Shown here: positions 1 to 9,435 of the stretch, piece after piece
Numbering within the stretch: the first letter of the stretch is position 1
Layout of the letters: the number at the start of each line of letters is the position of its first letter
NCBI GenBank assembly: GCA_036351155.1
Contig: JAZBOO010000113.1
Span: 1 to 32,986 of the forward strand
Source: Candidatus Krumholzibacteriia bacterium
GTDB lineage: Bacteria; Krumholzibacteriota; Krumholzibacteriia; LZORAL124-64-63
Length of the DNA stretch: 32,986 nt
Reading direction: 5' to 3'
Notes under the pieces: model-generated
Told to the model about the DNA's origin: nothing
Seen by the model: only the letters and a program-made list of their open reading frames with translations
Databases searched by the model: none
Translations under genes and position numbers: made by a program

Positions 1-2
1 AG

Positions 3-281
3 CTGCGCGCCGAGCGCGGCGCCTACACGCGCGAGCAGGCGCTGCGGGACCATGCACGCTGGCTGGCCGGCATCACGCCCGACTACGTGCGCGAGCTCAG
101 CTACCACGACCGCAAGACCCTGCACAACTTCAAGTACTTCACCTGGGTGGAGCAGCAAGGCCGCTCCGTGGACGAACTGCGTCAGCTGTGGGATCGGGAC
201 TTCTGGACCGAGACCTTCAACGTGACCGAGCACTGGGATCGGCGGATCGAGGAGTTCAACGAGCGGGTCAAAATGGCCTAG
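3..281 (+). CDS. C-terminal part of a large PLP-dependent (fold-type II, 'PLP-dependent protein subunit beta'-like) enzyme; truncated by the window edge
   Basis: Open frame from nt 3 (LRAERGAYTREQALRDHARWLAGITPDYVRELSYHDRKTLHNFKYFTWVEQQGR...) to TAG at 279-281. The HNxKYFTWVEQQG C-terminal motif is recalled from this family; catalytic region not visible. Confidence 0.6.
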   Translation: MRAERGAYTREQALRDHARWLAGITPDYVRELSYHDRKTLHNFKYFTWVEQQGRSVDELRQLWDRDFWTETFNVTEHWDRRIEEFNERVKMA

Positions 282-314
282 GTTGGCTCCAGAACGCCTT
301 GAAATGGATCCAAT

Positions 315-350
315 CCGGGCCTCCGCAACGCGTGGGGGCCCGGTTTTTTT
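315..350 (+). terminator. Rho-independent terminator
   Basis: 12-bp stem CCGGGCCTCCGC / GTGGGGGCCCGG (two G-U pairs), 5-nt loop, then T7 (344-350), 33 nt after the stop codon. Confidence 0.85.
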
Positions 351-384
351 ACAGATGGCAGGTGGGTCGTGTATTTTGGTTCTG

Positions 385-460
385 TTTGATCAAAAAATTG
401 TCAATTTTTTAATAACTTTTCTCTTGCACAATAATTTGTAGTGTGTCAAATTTATTGTAT
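385..460 (+). promoter_or_regulatory. AT-rich promoter/operator region of the purine-degradation operon
   Basis: Very AT-rich island in GC-rich DNA. Perfect palindrome AAAAAATTG-T-CAATTTTTT (392-410) and an imperfect inverted repeat ACAATAATTT...AAATTTATTGT (428-458). No clean -35/-10 pair could be assigned. Confidence 0.55.
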
Positions 461-482
461 CGACCAACACAAGGAGCCTGTC

Positions 483-1688
483 TTGAGTGCCAACGATATG
501 AAGTACCTGCTCAACAAGGTCACTCCCGGCGCACGCTATCCTCTGTTCTCCCGGAACGAGGCCGACAAGGCCCTCCGCTTCCACGCCAGCATTCCCGGCT
601 ACAAGCCCACACCCCTGGCGCACCTGGACCATCTGGCCAGGGTCTGGGGCCTGAAGGACATCTATGTGAAGGACGAGTCGCGACGATTCGGTCTGAACGC
701 CTTCAAGGTCCTGGGCGGCAGCTATGCCGTGGCCCAGCTGGTCTGCGAGAAGCTGGGCAAGGATATCAGCGAAGTTGACTTTCACTACCTGGTGAGCGAC
801 GAGGTCAAGAAGCAGCTGGGTGACATCACGTTCATCACGGCGACTGACGGCAATCACGGCCGGGGCATTGCCTGGGCCGCGGAGATGCTGCACCAGAACG
901 CCGTGGTTTACATGCCCAGGGGTTCGGCTCCGGCGCGGGTCAAGCGCATTGAAAGCCACGGGGCCACCGTGGTGGTGACCGACCTGAACTACGATGACGC
1001 GGTGCGTCTGGCCTGCGATCTGGCTGACCAGAACGGCTGGTACATGGTGCAGGACACCGCCTGGGAAGGCTACACCAAGATTCCCACCTGGATCATGCAG
1101 GGCTACATGACCATGGCCTTCGAAGCGATGGAGCAGCTCGATGGGGTGCGGCCCACACACACCTTCATTCAAGCGGGCGTGGGGGCCATGGCCGGCGCCG
1201 TGCTGGGGGCCCTGGTCGAAGTGTACGGCAAGAAAGCGCCCACCACGATCATCGTCGAGCCACGCAATTCCGCCTGCATCTACAAGTCAGCCAAGGCGGG
1301 GGACGGCAAGCCCCACGCCGTGACCGGCCAGCTGCACACCATCATGGCCGGCCTGGCCTGTGGCGAACCAAATCCCATCGGCTGGGACATCCTCAAGCAA
1401 AGCGCCTCCTGTTTCATGAAGGTGGCCGACTATCTGGCCGCCAACGGGATGCGCATCCTGTCCTGCCCGGTGCTCGGCGATGACCGGGTCATTTCCGGCG
1501 AGTCGGGGCCCATCGGTATCGGCGTTCTGGACCTGATCATGACCGACCCCAATTTCGCAGACCTGAAGGCCGCCCTGGGCCTGGATGAGAATTCGGTGGT
1601 CCTGCTCTTCAACACCGAGGGCAACACCGATCCTGACAATTTTCGCCAGATCGTCTGGTACGGAAAGCATTTGAAACCCAAAGACTAG
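483..1688 (+). CDS. dpaL: Diaminopropionate ammonia-lyase (DpaL/YgeX)
   Basis: KDESRRFGLNAFKVLGGSYA (PLP Lys), TATDGNHGRG, QDTAWEGY, IMQGY, QAGVGAMA, TIMAGLACGEP, ISGESG, NTEG. Start placed at TTG 483, 6 nt after AAGGAG (ATG 498 is an alternative). Confidence 0.95.
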   Translation: MSANDMKYLLNKVTPGARYPLFSRNEADKALRFHASIPGYKPTPLAHLDHLARVWGLKDIYVKDESRRFGLNAFKVLGGSYAVAQLVCEKLGKDISEVDFHYLVSDEVKKQLGDITFITATDGNHGRGIAWAAEMLHQNAVVYMPRGSAPARVKRIESHGATVVVTDLNYDDAVRLACDLADQNGWYMVQDTAWEGYTKIPTWIMQGYMTMAFEAMEQLDGVRPTHTFIQAGVGAMAGAVLGALVEVYGKKAPTTIIVEPRNSACIYKSAKAGDGKPHAVTGQLHTIMAGLACGEPNPIGWDILKQSASCFMKVADYLAANGMRILSCPVLGDDRVISGESGPIGIGVLDLIMTDPNFADLKAALGLDENSVVLLFNTEGNTDPDNFRQIVWYGKHLKPKD

Positions 1689-1709
1689 ATCAATTCAGGA
1701 GGCATCGAG

Positions 1710-2915
1710 ATGCAAGATTTTCAAAAGATCCTGGAAAAAGCCCAGGAGTACAAGGCGGACATGACCCGTTTTCTGCGGGACATGGTCCGCATTCCGAGCG
1801 AGAGCTGTGACGAAGAGAAGGTCGTGCTGCGCATCAAGGAAGAGATGGAGAAGGTGGGCTTCGACAAGGTCGAGATCGATGGTCTGGGCAACATCCACGG
1901 CACCATCGGGCACGGCCCCACCGTGATCGCCTACGACGCGCACATCGACACCGTGGGCGTGGGCAACCTGGACAACTGGGAATACGACCCCTACGAGGGC
2001 GCCGAGGATGACGAGATCATCATCGGCCGCGGCACCAGCGACCAGGAGGGCGGCATGGCCTCCATGGTTTACGCCGGCAAGATCATCAAGGATCTGGGCC
2101 TGGAAGACGAGTACACCCTGGTCATGGTCGGCTCGGTCATGGAAGAGGACTGCGACGGTCTGTGCTGGCAGTACATCGTCAAGGAACTGGGCCTCAAACC
2201 CGAGTTCGTGATCTCCACCGAACCCACCGACGGCGGCATTTACCGCGGTCAGCGCGGGCGCATGGAGATCAAGGTGACCACCAGCGGCATCAGCTGCCAC
2301 GGTTCGGCTCCCGAGCGCGGCGACAACGCCATCTTCAAGATGGCGCCCATTCTCCAGGAACTGGAAGAGCTGCACACCCGCCTGATCTCCGATGATTTCC
2401 TGGGCAAGGGCTCGCTGACGGTGTCGGAAATTTTCCACTCGTCGCCTTCCCGCTGTGCGGTGGCCGACGGTTGCACCGTGTCCATCGATCGTCGCCTGAC
2501 CGTGGGCGAGGACAAGGAATACGCCCTGGGTCAGATCCGCGACTTGCCCTCGGTGAAGAAGGCCAAGGCCAAGGTCGAGATGTACAGCTACGAGCGTCCG
2601 GCCTACACCGGCCTGGTGTACCCGACCGACTGCTACTTCCCCTCCTGGGTGGTCGAGGAAGATCACGTGGCTTGCCAGTCCGTGGCCGAGGCCTACACGA
2701 AGCTGTTCGACAAGGCCCCCCGTATTGACAAGTGGACCTTCTCCACCAACGGCGTGTCCATCACCGGTTTCTACGGGATTCCGACCATCGGTTTCGGTCC
2801 CGGCAAGGAAGCGGAAGCTCACGCGCCCAACGAGAAGACCTGGAAAGAAGACCTGGTGACCTGTGCGGCGCTTTACGCGGCTCTGCCCAAAGTGTATCTG
2901 AGCAAGAGCAAATGA
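1710..2915 (+). CDS. ygeY: YgeY-family M20 metallo-hydrolase
   Basis: [66 protein letters not shown] upstream. Confidence 0.95.
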   Translation: MQDFQKILEKAQEYKADMTRFLRDMVRIPSESCDEEKVVLRIKEEMEKVGFDKVEIDGLGNIHGTIGHGPTVIAYDAHIDTVGVGNLDNWEYDPYEGAEDDEIIIGRGTSDQEGGMASMVYAGKIIKDLGLEDEYTLVMVGSVMEEDCDGLCWQYIVKELGLKPEFVISTEPTDGGIYRGQRGRMEIKVTTSGISCHGSAPERGDNAIFKMAPILQELEELHTRLISDDFLGKGSLTVSEIFHSSPSRCAVADGCTVSIDRRLTVGEDKEYALGQIRDLPSVKKAKAKVEMYSYERPAYTGLVYPTDCYFPSWVVEEDHVACQSVAEAYTKLFDKAPRIDKWTFSTNGVSITGFYGIPTIGFGPGKEAEAHAPNEKTWKEDLVTCAALYAALPKVYLSKSK

Positions 2916-2923
2916 GGGGCGCC

Positions 2924-3871
2924 ATGAAAGATACCGTGGTGGTGGCCATCGGGGGCAACTCGCTCATCCGGGATGAAGCACACAAGACGGTGGCCGATCA
3001 GTACGCGTCGGTTGCCGAGACCAGCAAGCATCTGGCCGATATCGTCGAGTCCGGTTACCGGCTGGTGATCGTGCACGGCAACGGGCCCCAGGTCGGATTC
3101 ATCCTGATGCGCTCGGCCATTGCCTACGATGCCGCCGGTCTGCACCAGGTGCCCCTGTCCAGCTGCGTGGCCGACACCCAGGGTGCCATCGGTTTCCAGA
3201 TCCAGCAGGCTCTGGAAATCGAACTGCGCCGGCGCGGGATCGAGAAGGAGACCGTCACCATCGTCACCCGCGTGGTGGTCGATGGCCGGGACCCGGGGTT
3301 CACCAACCCCACCAAGCCCATCGGCTCGTTCCTGACCAGGGAAAAGATGGACGAGGTCAAGGCGAGTTACCCCGACTGGCAGTTCGTCGAGGACAGCGGC
3401 CGCGGCTTCCGCCGTGTGGTCGCGTCGCCGGCACCCGAGGCCATCGTCGAGCTGAATGCGATCAAGGATGTGCTGGACAAGGACTACGTGGTCGTGGCCT
3501 GTGGTGGCGGAGGTATTCCCGTGATCCGCACCGAGGAAGGCTTCGAGGCCGTGGACGCCGTGATCGACAAGGATCTGGCCTCTGCCTTATTGTCGGAAAA
3601 GATCAACGCCAAGCGTTTCATCATCTCCACCGGAGTGCAGCATGTTTGCCTGAACTTCGGCCAGGAGAACGAGAAGAAGCTGGAACACGTGAACATCGCC
3701 GAGCTCAAGGAATATGTCCGGGAAGGGCATTTTGCCGCGGGCAGCATGCTGCCCAAGATCGAAGCGGCCATCGACTTCCTGGAAAAGGGCGGCGAAGAGG
3801 TCATCATCACAGCGCCGGAGTTCCTGAAAGAAGCCATCGAGCACAAGACCGGAACCCGAGTGACCAAGTAG
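2924..3871 (+). CDS. arcC: Carbamate kinase (ArcC/YqeA)
   Basis: VAIGGNSL, HGNGPQVG, PTKPIG, RRVVASP, GGGGIPV, AVIDKD, GSMLPK. Start at ATG 2924 after GAGGGG; the longer ORF start overlaps ygeY. Confidence 0.95.
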   Translation: MKDTVVVAIGGNSLIRDEAHKTVADQYASVAETSKHLADIVESGYRLVIVHGNGPQVGFILMRSAIAYDAAGLHQVPLSSCVADTQGAIGFQIQQALEIELRRRGIEKETVTIVTRVVVDGRDPGFTNPTKPIGSFLTREKMDEVKASYPDWQFVEDSGRGFRRVVASPAPEAIVELNAIKDVLDKDYVVVACGGGGIPVIRTEEGFEAVDAVIDKDLASALLSEKINAKRFIISTGVQHVCLNFGQENEKKLEHVNIAELKEYVREGHFAAGSMLPKIEAAIDFLEKGGEEVIITAPEFLKEAIEHKTGTRVTK

Positions 3872-3887
3872 TCTTAAGGAGATTGCC

Positions 3888-5084
3888 ATGAGCAAGGTGT
3901 TTACCAACGAACTGATCCGGAAACTGAGTCTGCTGAATACCGAGAAGATGTACCTCAACGATTTCCTGCATACCTGGGACAAGACCGACCAGGAGCTGCG
4001 GGCCATCTACACCGTGGCCGAAATTCTGCAGGAGATGCGCAAGGACAACGTTTCCCCGCGCGTGTTCGACAGCGGGCTGGGCATTTCCCTGTTCCGGGAC
4101 AACTCCACCCGGACCCGGTTCAGCTTCGCCAGCGCGTGTAACCTGCTGGGTCTGGAAGTCCAGGATCTGGACGAGGGCAAGTCGCAGATCGCCCACGGCG
4201 AGACGGTGCGCGAGACGGCCAACATGGTCTCGTTCATGGCCGACATCATCGGCATCCGCGACGACATGTACATCGGCAAGGGTCACACCTACATGAAGGA
4301 AGTGGCCGCCTCGGTGGAAGCCGGCTATCGCGAGGGCGTGCTGGAACAGCGGCCCACCGTGGTGAACCTGCAGTGCGATGTGGATCATCCCACCCAGTCG
4401 ATGGCCGACATGCTGCACATCATCAACACCTTCGGCGGCATCGAGAACCTCAAGGGCAAGAAGATCGCCATGACCTGGGCCTACTCGCCCTCGTACGGCA
4501 AGCCCCTGTCGGTGCCCCAGGGCATCATCGGGCTCATGACCAGGTTCGGCATGGACGTGTCCCTGGCCCACCCCGAGGGCTACGGTGTGATGCCTGAAGT
4601 CGAGGAGATCGCGCGCCTGAACAGCGAGGCCGCCGGCGGGTCGTTCACCAAGACCGCCAGCATGTCCGAGGCCTTCGACGGCGCGGACATCGTTTACCCC
4701 AAGAGCTGGGCGCCGTTCGTGGCCATGGAAAAAAGGACCGAGCTCTACGGCAACGGCGATGCCGACGGCATCAAGGCCCTGGAGAAGGAACTGCTGGCCC
4801 AGAACGCTCAGCACAAGGACTGGGAATGCACCGAGGACCTGATGGCCAGGACCAAGAATGGCAAGGCCCTGTACATGCACTGCCTGCCCGCCGACATCAC
4901 CGATGTCTCCTGCCAGCAGGGCGAGGTGGCCGCCTCGGTCTTCGACCGCTATCGCGAACCCCTGTACAAGGAAGCCAGCTACAAGCCGTACATCATTGCG
5001 GCCATGATCTTCCTGAGCAAGTTCAAGGATCCCTCCGACACCCTGCGATCGGTCCTGGAACAAGGCAGCGCGCGCATTCGCTAG
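3888..5084 (+). CDS. ygeW: YgeW knotted carbamoyltransferase
   Basis: FRDNSTRTR, HPTQ, WAYSPSYGKPLSVPQG, YPKSW, HCLPAD; AAGGAG RBS. Confidence 0.95.
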   Translation: MSKVFTNELIRKLSLLNTEKMYLNDFLHTWDKTDQELRAIYTVAEILQEMRKDNVSPRVFDSGLGISLFRDNSTRTRFSFASACNLLGLEVQDLDEGKSQIAHGETVRETANMVSFMADIIGIRDDMYIGKGHTYMKEVAASVEAGYREGVLEQRPTVVNLQCDVDHPTQSMADMLHIINTFGGIENLKGKKIAMTWAYSPSYGKPLSVPQGIIGLMTRFGMDVSLAHPEGYGVMPEVEEIARLNSEAAGGSFTKTASMSEAFDGADIVYPKSWAPFVAMEKRTELYGNGDADGIKALEKELLAQNAQHKDWECTEDLMARTKNGKALYMHCLPADITDVSCQQGEVAASVFDRYREPLYKEASYKPYIIAAMIFLSKFKDPSDTLRSVLEQGSARIR

Positions 5085-5111
5085 AACCCGAAATAACTGG
5101 AGGATTTCGTC

Positions 5112-5489
5112 ATGAAGAAACTGATCAGCACCGACAAGGCGCCCGCGGCCATCGGGCCTTACAGCCAGGCCACGGAGATCGGCGGCATGGTGTTCACCTC
5201 GGGACAGATTCCCCTGGACGCCGCCACCGGCCAGCTGCTGGACGGCGATGTGACGGCGCAGACCGCACTGGTGATGAAGAACCTGGAAGCCGTTCTGGCG
5301 GCCGCGGGCTGCACCCCCGCCGACGTGGTCAAGACCACCTGTTTTCTGAAGGATATGGGCGATTTCGCCGCCTTCAATGCCGTTTACGAGAAGACTTTCA
5401 GCGTCAACCCGCCCGCCCGCAGCTGCGTGGCGGTCAAGACGTTGCCCAAGGACGTCCTGGTCGAGGTCGAGGCAATTGCTCATAAATGA
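5112..5489 (+). CDS. ridA: RidA (YjgF/YER057c/UK114) enamine/imine deaminase
   Basis: APAAIGPYSQA, SGQIP, PARSCV (catalytic Arg), LPKDVLVEVE; GGAGG RBS. Confidence 0.92.
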   Translation: MKKLISTDKAPAAIGPYSQATEIGGMVFTSGQIPLDAATGQLLDGDVTAQTALVMKNLEAVLAAAGCTPADVVKTTCFLKDMGDFAAFNAVYEKTFSVNPPARSCVAVKTLPKDVLVEVEAIAHK

Positions 5490-5554
5490 CCCGAAAACAT
5501 GGTATCTTGATGGTACATGATGTCACTGGGGTAATAAACGACAGGCGGTAGGCC

Positions 5555-8131
5555 ATGTATAAATTTTCACTGAACGGGCAAGAGGTCGAATACAACGGTG
5601 GTCCTGAAACGACGCTGTTGCAATATCTTCGCAATGAGGCCGGGGTGAAAAGTGTCAAGGATGGGTGTTCCGGTCAGGGAACCTGCGGTGCCTGCATCGT
5701 GGAGTTCAACGGAAAGCCCAACCTGGCCTGCCGCCTGAAGATGGATAAGGTCGAGGGGGCCGAAGTGGTCACCCTGGAGGGTGTGCCCGAGGAAACTCGC
5801 CTGATCCTGGGGGAAGCGTTCGTCCAGGCCGGCGCCGTCCAGTGTGGTTTCTGCAGCCCGGGCATGCTGACCCGCACCAAGCTGTTGCTGCAGAAGAACC
5901 CTCACCCGACCCGTGAAGAAGTCACCAAGAAGATCAAGCCCCATATCTGCCGTTGCACCGGTTACGTGAAGATCGTGGACGCGGTTCTGCTGGCGGCCGA
6001 CATCCTGAACAAGGAAGCGGAAGCGGCGCATCCCGACCATGCGGCCATCGGCGATTCTCCCCGCAAGTTCCAGGCTTACGAGCGTGCCGTGGGCAAGCCC
6101 CTGTTCATGGGAGGGCTGGAGTTCGACGGCATGGTGCACGGTGCCCTGCACTTCAGCAAGCATCCCCGGGCCCGCATCCTGAAGATCGACACCAGCAAGG
6201 CCGAAGCCATGCCGGGCGTCATCCGCGTGTTCACGGCCAAGGATGTCCCCGGACAGCGCAGGATCGGCATGATCATCCGCGACTGGGACGCCTACATCGC
6301 CGAGGGCGAGATCACTCGTTACATCGGAGACGTGCTGGCCATGGTGGTGGCCGAGACGAATCAGATCGCCCGGGACGCGGCGGAGCTGGTGGAGGTCCAG
6401 TACGAGGTGCTCGAGCCGGTGACCGATCCTAAGGAAGCCCTCAAGGACGAGATCAAGGTGCACGAGGGCGGCAATCTCCTCAAGAAGACCGCGATCCGCT
6501 ACGGTGAGGATGTGGAAAAGGTCTTCGCGGAGTCGGACTTCGTGGTGAGCGAAACCTTCCAGACCCAGATGATCGAGCACGCCTTCCTGGAGCTGGAAAA
6601 CAGCGTGGCTCTCTACGAGAACGGCCGGATGACGGTGTACTCTCAGGGCCAGGGCATTTACGAAGATCGTCACCAGATTGCCGACCTGCTGGGGCTGGAA
6701 ACCAGCGATTTGAACGTGAAGCTGATTCCCGCCGGCGGTGCCTTTGGCGGCAAGGAAGACCTCACGGTTCAGGGCCATGCGGCCATTGCCGCTTATCACC
6801 TGAAGTGCCCGGTCAAGGTGAAGCTTAATCGCGCGGAATCCATGCGCATGCACCCCAAGCGCCATCCCATGACCATGGAGTACAAGCTGGGCTGCAACAA
6901 GGACGGAAAGTTCACCGGCCTGTATGCCCGCATCCTGGGCGACACCGGAGCTTACGCTTCGGTGGGTGGTCCGGTCATGGAGCGCGCGGCCACCCACGCC
7001 GGCGGGGCTTATTACATTCCCAACGTCGATGTCGAATCCAAGGCTGTGTACACCAATAACATCGTGTGTGGGGCCATGCGCGGCTTCGGGGTCAACCAGG
7101 TGACGTTTGCCATCGAGGGCATGATCGACGAGCTGTGTGACCAGGCGGGATTCGACCGCTGGGACATCCGTTACAAGAACGCCCTGGACACCGGCTTGAA
7201 GACCACCAGCGGGCACACGCTGCGCAAGGAAGTGGGCCTCAAGAAGACCCTGGAGCTGGTCAAGAAGGACTACGACAGCGGCAAGGTGACCGGGCTGGCC
7301 TGCGGCATCAAGAACTGCGGCATCGGCAACGGCATTCCCGAACTCAGCCAGGCGCGGGTCGAGATCATGCCCGAGGGCAAGATCCGCCTGTACCATGGCT
7401 GGAGCGAGATGGGGCAGGGCATCGACACGGTGGCCCAGCAGATGCTGTGCCAGTACATCGGACTGGATGATACGTCCCGGGTCGAGGTCATCGTCAACAC
7501 CGACAGCGAAACCAAGGGCGGCAGCACCACAGCCAGCCGGGGCACGTTCCTGGTGGGCAAGGCCGTGATCGCTGCGGCCGCCGATCTGAAAAAGGATCTG
7601 GAAACCCAGACCCTGGAAGATCTGGTCGGCAAAAAGTACGACGGCTCTTTCCTGTGTGACTGGACCACGCCTTTCGACGGCGATCAGGAGGTGATCAGCC
7701 ACTTCGCCTACAGCTTCGCCACGCAGCTGGTGACCCTTTCGGACGAGGGGAAAATCACCAAGGTGACCGCCGCCCACGACAGCGGCAAGGTGGTCAACCG
7801 CAAGCTTTACGAGGGCCAGATCGAAGGCGGCGTGGTGATGGGCCTGGGCTATGCCCTGACCGAGAACCTGGTTCTGGACAAGGGACAGATTGCCGATCCG
7901 ACCTTCCGCGGCCTGGGCCTGTTGCGGTCCACCGACGTGCCCGAGATCGAAGTTATTCCCGTGGAAACCAATGATCCGGATGCCCCCTTTGGCGCCAAGG
8001 GTGTGGGGGAGATCTGCTGCATTCCCACCGCGGCGGCGGCGGCCGGCGCCTACCGGAAGTTCGACGGGAAAAAGCGCATCAGCTTGCCTCTTGCGCCGCT
8101 CGAGAAATCACGAACGCAAGCGGTCAAGTAA
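5555..8131 (+). CDS. xdh: Selenium-dependent xanthine dehydrogenase-family protein, fused 2x[2Fe-2S] + molybdopterin-binding domains (XdhAC-type)
   Basis: GCSGQGTCGAC, QCGFC, CRCTGY (Fe-S); GGAFGGK, AMRGFG, EMGQG, TTASR, GQIEGG, GAKGVGE (Mo domain). No FAD domain. Confidence 0.9.
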   Translation: MYKFSLNGQEVEYNGGPETTLLQYLRNEAGVKSVKDGCSGQGTCGACIVEFNGKPNLACRLKMDKVEGAEVVTLEGVPEETRLILGEAFVQAGAVQCGFCSPGMLTRTKLLLQKNPHPTREEVTKKIKPHICRCTGYVKIVDAVLLAADILNKEAEAAHPDHAAIGDSPRKFQAYERAVGKPLFMGGLEFDGMVHGALHFSKHPRARILKIDTSKAEAMPGVIRVFTAKDVPGQRRIGMIIRDWDAYIAEGEITRYIGDVLAMVVAETNQIARDAAELVEVQYEVLEPVTDPKEALKDEIKVHEGGNLLKKTAIRYGEDVEKVFAESDFVVSETFQTQMIEHAFLELENSVALYENGRMTVYSQGQGIYEDRHQIADLLGLETSDLNVKLIPAGGAFGGKEDLTVQGHAAIAAYHLKCPVKVKLNRAESMRMHPKRHPMTMEYKLGCNKDGKFTGLYARILGDTGAYASVGGPVMERAATHAGGAYYIPNVDVESKAVYTNNIVCGAMRGFGVNQVTFAIEGMIDELCDQAGFDRWDIRYKNALDTGLKTTSGHTLRKEVGLKKTLELVKKDYDSGKVTGLACGIKNCGIGNGIPELSQARVEIMPEGKIRLYHGWSEMGQGIDTVAQQMLCQYIGLDDTSRVEVIVNTDSETKGGSTTASRGTFLVGKAVIAAAADLKKDLETQTLEDLVGKKYDGSFLCDWTTPFDGDQEVISHFAYSFATQLVTLSDEGKITKVTAAHDSGKVVNRKLYEGQIEGGVVMGLGYALTENLVLDKGQIADPTFRGLGLLRSTDVPEIEVIPVETNDPDAPFGAKGVGEICCIPTAAAAAGAYRKFDGKKRISLPLAPLEKSRTQAVK

Positions 8132-8149
8132 CCGGAACACGGAGTGATC

Positions 8150-9430
8150 ATGGCCCTGATCTTGAAGAACACGCAATTCATCGACTGGCAGACCGGCAAC
8201 GTCACGTCTGGCCATGTCAAGGTGGAGCCGGGGTCCGAGGGTGGCCTGTTCGTGGCGAACAAGCTTGATAAGTTTGGTCCCCTCGGTCCCGGTGACAAGA
8301 CCATCGACTGCCAGGGCAAGTTGGTGACCAAGGCGTTTGCCTGCGGTCATCATCATATCTACTCGACCCTGGCCCGCGGCATGCCGGCGCCGAAAAAAAG
8401 CCCGACGAATTTCGAGGAAATCCTGACCTATGTCTGGTGGCACCTGGACAAGTGTCTGGACCTGGAGATGATCGAAGCCAGCGCCCTGGCCTCGGCGCTT
8501 TACTGTGCCAAGAACGGGGTCACCTTCGTCATCGATCACCATGCCTCGCCGTATGCCATCGAGGGCTCCCTGAACACCATTGCCCGGGCTTTCGACAAGG
8601 TGGGGATTTCCCATCTGCTGTGCTACGAGCTGTCCGATCGTGATGGCGAAGGCCCTCGGGAAGCCGGCCTGGCCGAACACGAGAGCTATCTGGCCGGCGG
8701 TGGTCAGGGGCATCTCGGGTTGCATGCCTCGTTCACCGTGGGGGATGACCTGCTGAACCGCTCGGTGGAGATGGCCCGGCGTTTCCAGACGGGTCTGCAC
8801 ATCCATGTGGCCGAAGACCTGGCCGACCAGGCCGCCTGTCTGCGCGATCACGGCAAGCGCGTGGTCACCCGCTTGCACGAGGCCGGTGGGCTGGACCTGC
8901 CGCAGACCATCCTCGGGCATTGCATCCATCTGGATGACCAGGAAAAGGCGCTGATCCGCGACGCGGGCACCTGGGTGGTGCAGAACACCGAAAGCAACCT
9001 GAACAACAACGTGGGTCTGGCCAACTACAACCACATCACGGACAAGGTCATGCTGGGCACCGATGGCATGCATTGCGACATGCTGCGCAGCGCCAAGGCC
9101 TCCTTCCTTTCGGGGCAGCCGGTGGAGGGCACCGGGTTCGACACCATCTACACCCGGTTCCGCAACGTGCACCGTTACCTGGCCGAGTGCGGCTTCCAGG
9201 GCGACGGCGACAACAACCTGGTGATCCTGGATTACGACTCACCCACCGAGCTGACCAGCGACAACTTCCTGGGACATTTCGTCTACGGCATCAACTCCTC
9301 CCATGTGGAAACCGTGATTGCCGGAGGCGAGGTCATCGTGGAGAACCGGGTGGCCACCCGAGTGGATGAGGCGGAAATTCTGGCCCACGCCCGACAGATG
9401 GGCAACAAGCTCTGGGACAAGATGAAATAG
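8150..9430 (+). CDS. ssnA: SsnA-like amidohydrolase
   Basis: CGHHHIYS (HxH), HHASP, GLHASFT, HIHVAE, HCIH, ESNLNN, LGTDG; ATG 8150 after GGAG; cluster context. Confidence 0.88.
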   Translation: MALILKNTQFIDWQTGNVTSGHVKVEPGSEGGLFVANKLDKFGPLGPGDKTIDCQGKLVTKAFACGHHHIYSTLARGMPAPKKSPTNFEEILTYVWWHLDKCLDLEMIEASALASALYCAKNGVTFVIDHHASPYAIEGSLNTIARAFDKVGISHLLCYELSDRDGEGPREAGLAEHESYLAGGGQGHLGLHASFTVGDDLLNRSVEMARRFQTGLHIHVAEDLADQAACLRDHGKRVVTRLHEAGGLDLPQTILGHCIHLDDQEKALIRDAGTWVVQNTESNLNNNVGLANYNHITDKVMLGTDGMHCDMLRSAKASFLSGQPVEGTGFDTIYTRFRNVHRYLAECGFQGDGDNNLVILDYDSPTELTSDNFLGHFVYGINSSHVETVIAGGEVIVENRVATRVDEAEILAHARQMGNKLWDKMK

Positions 9431-9435
9431 CACCC

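Noticed and set aside
385..394. FNR box
   Set aside because: TTTGATCAAA has overlapping half-sites without the required 4-nt spacer.
2732..2923. N-terminal extension of carbamate kinase
   Set aside because: Overlaps ygeY; the family N-terminus (VVAIGGN) begins right after ATG 2924.
390..9172. Long minus-strand ORFs (390-1172, 1695-2822, 3807-5483, 5567-7777, 8108-9172)
   Set aside because: Antisense to well-supported genes; no motifs or RBS support.
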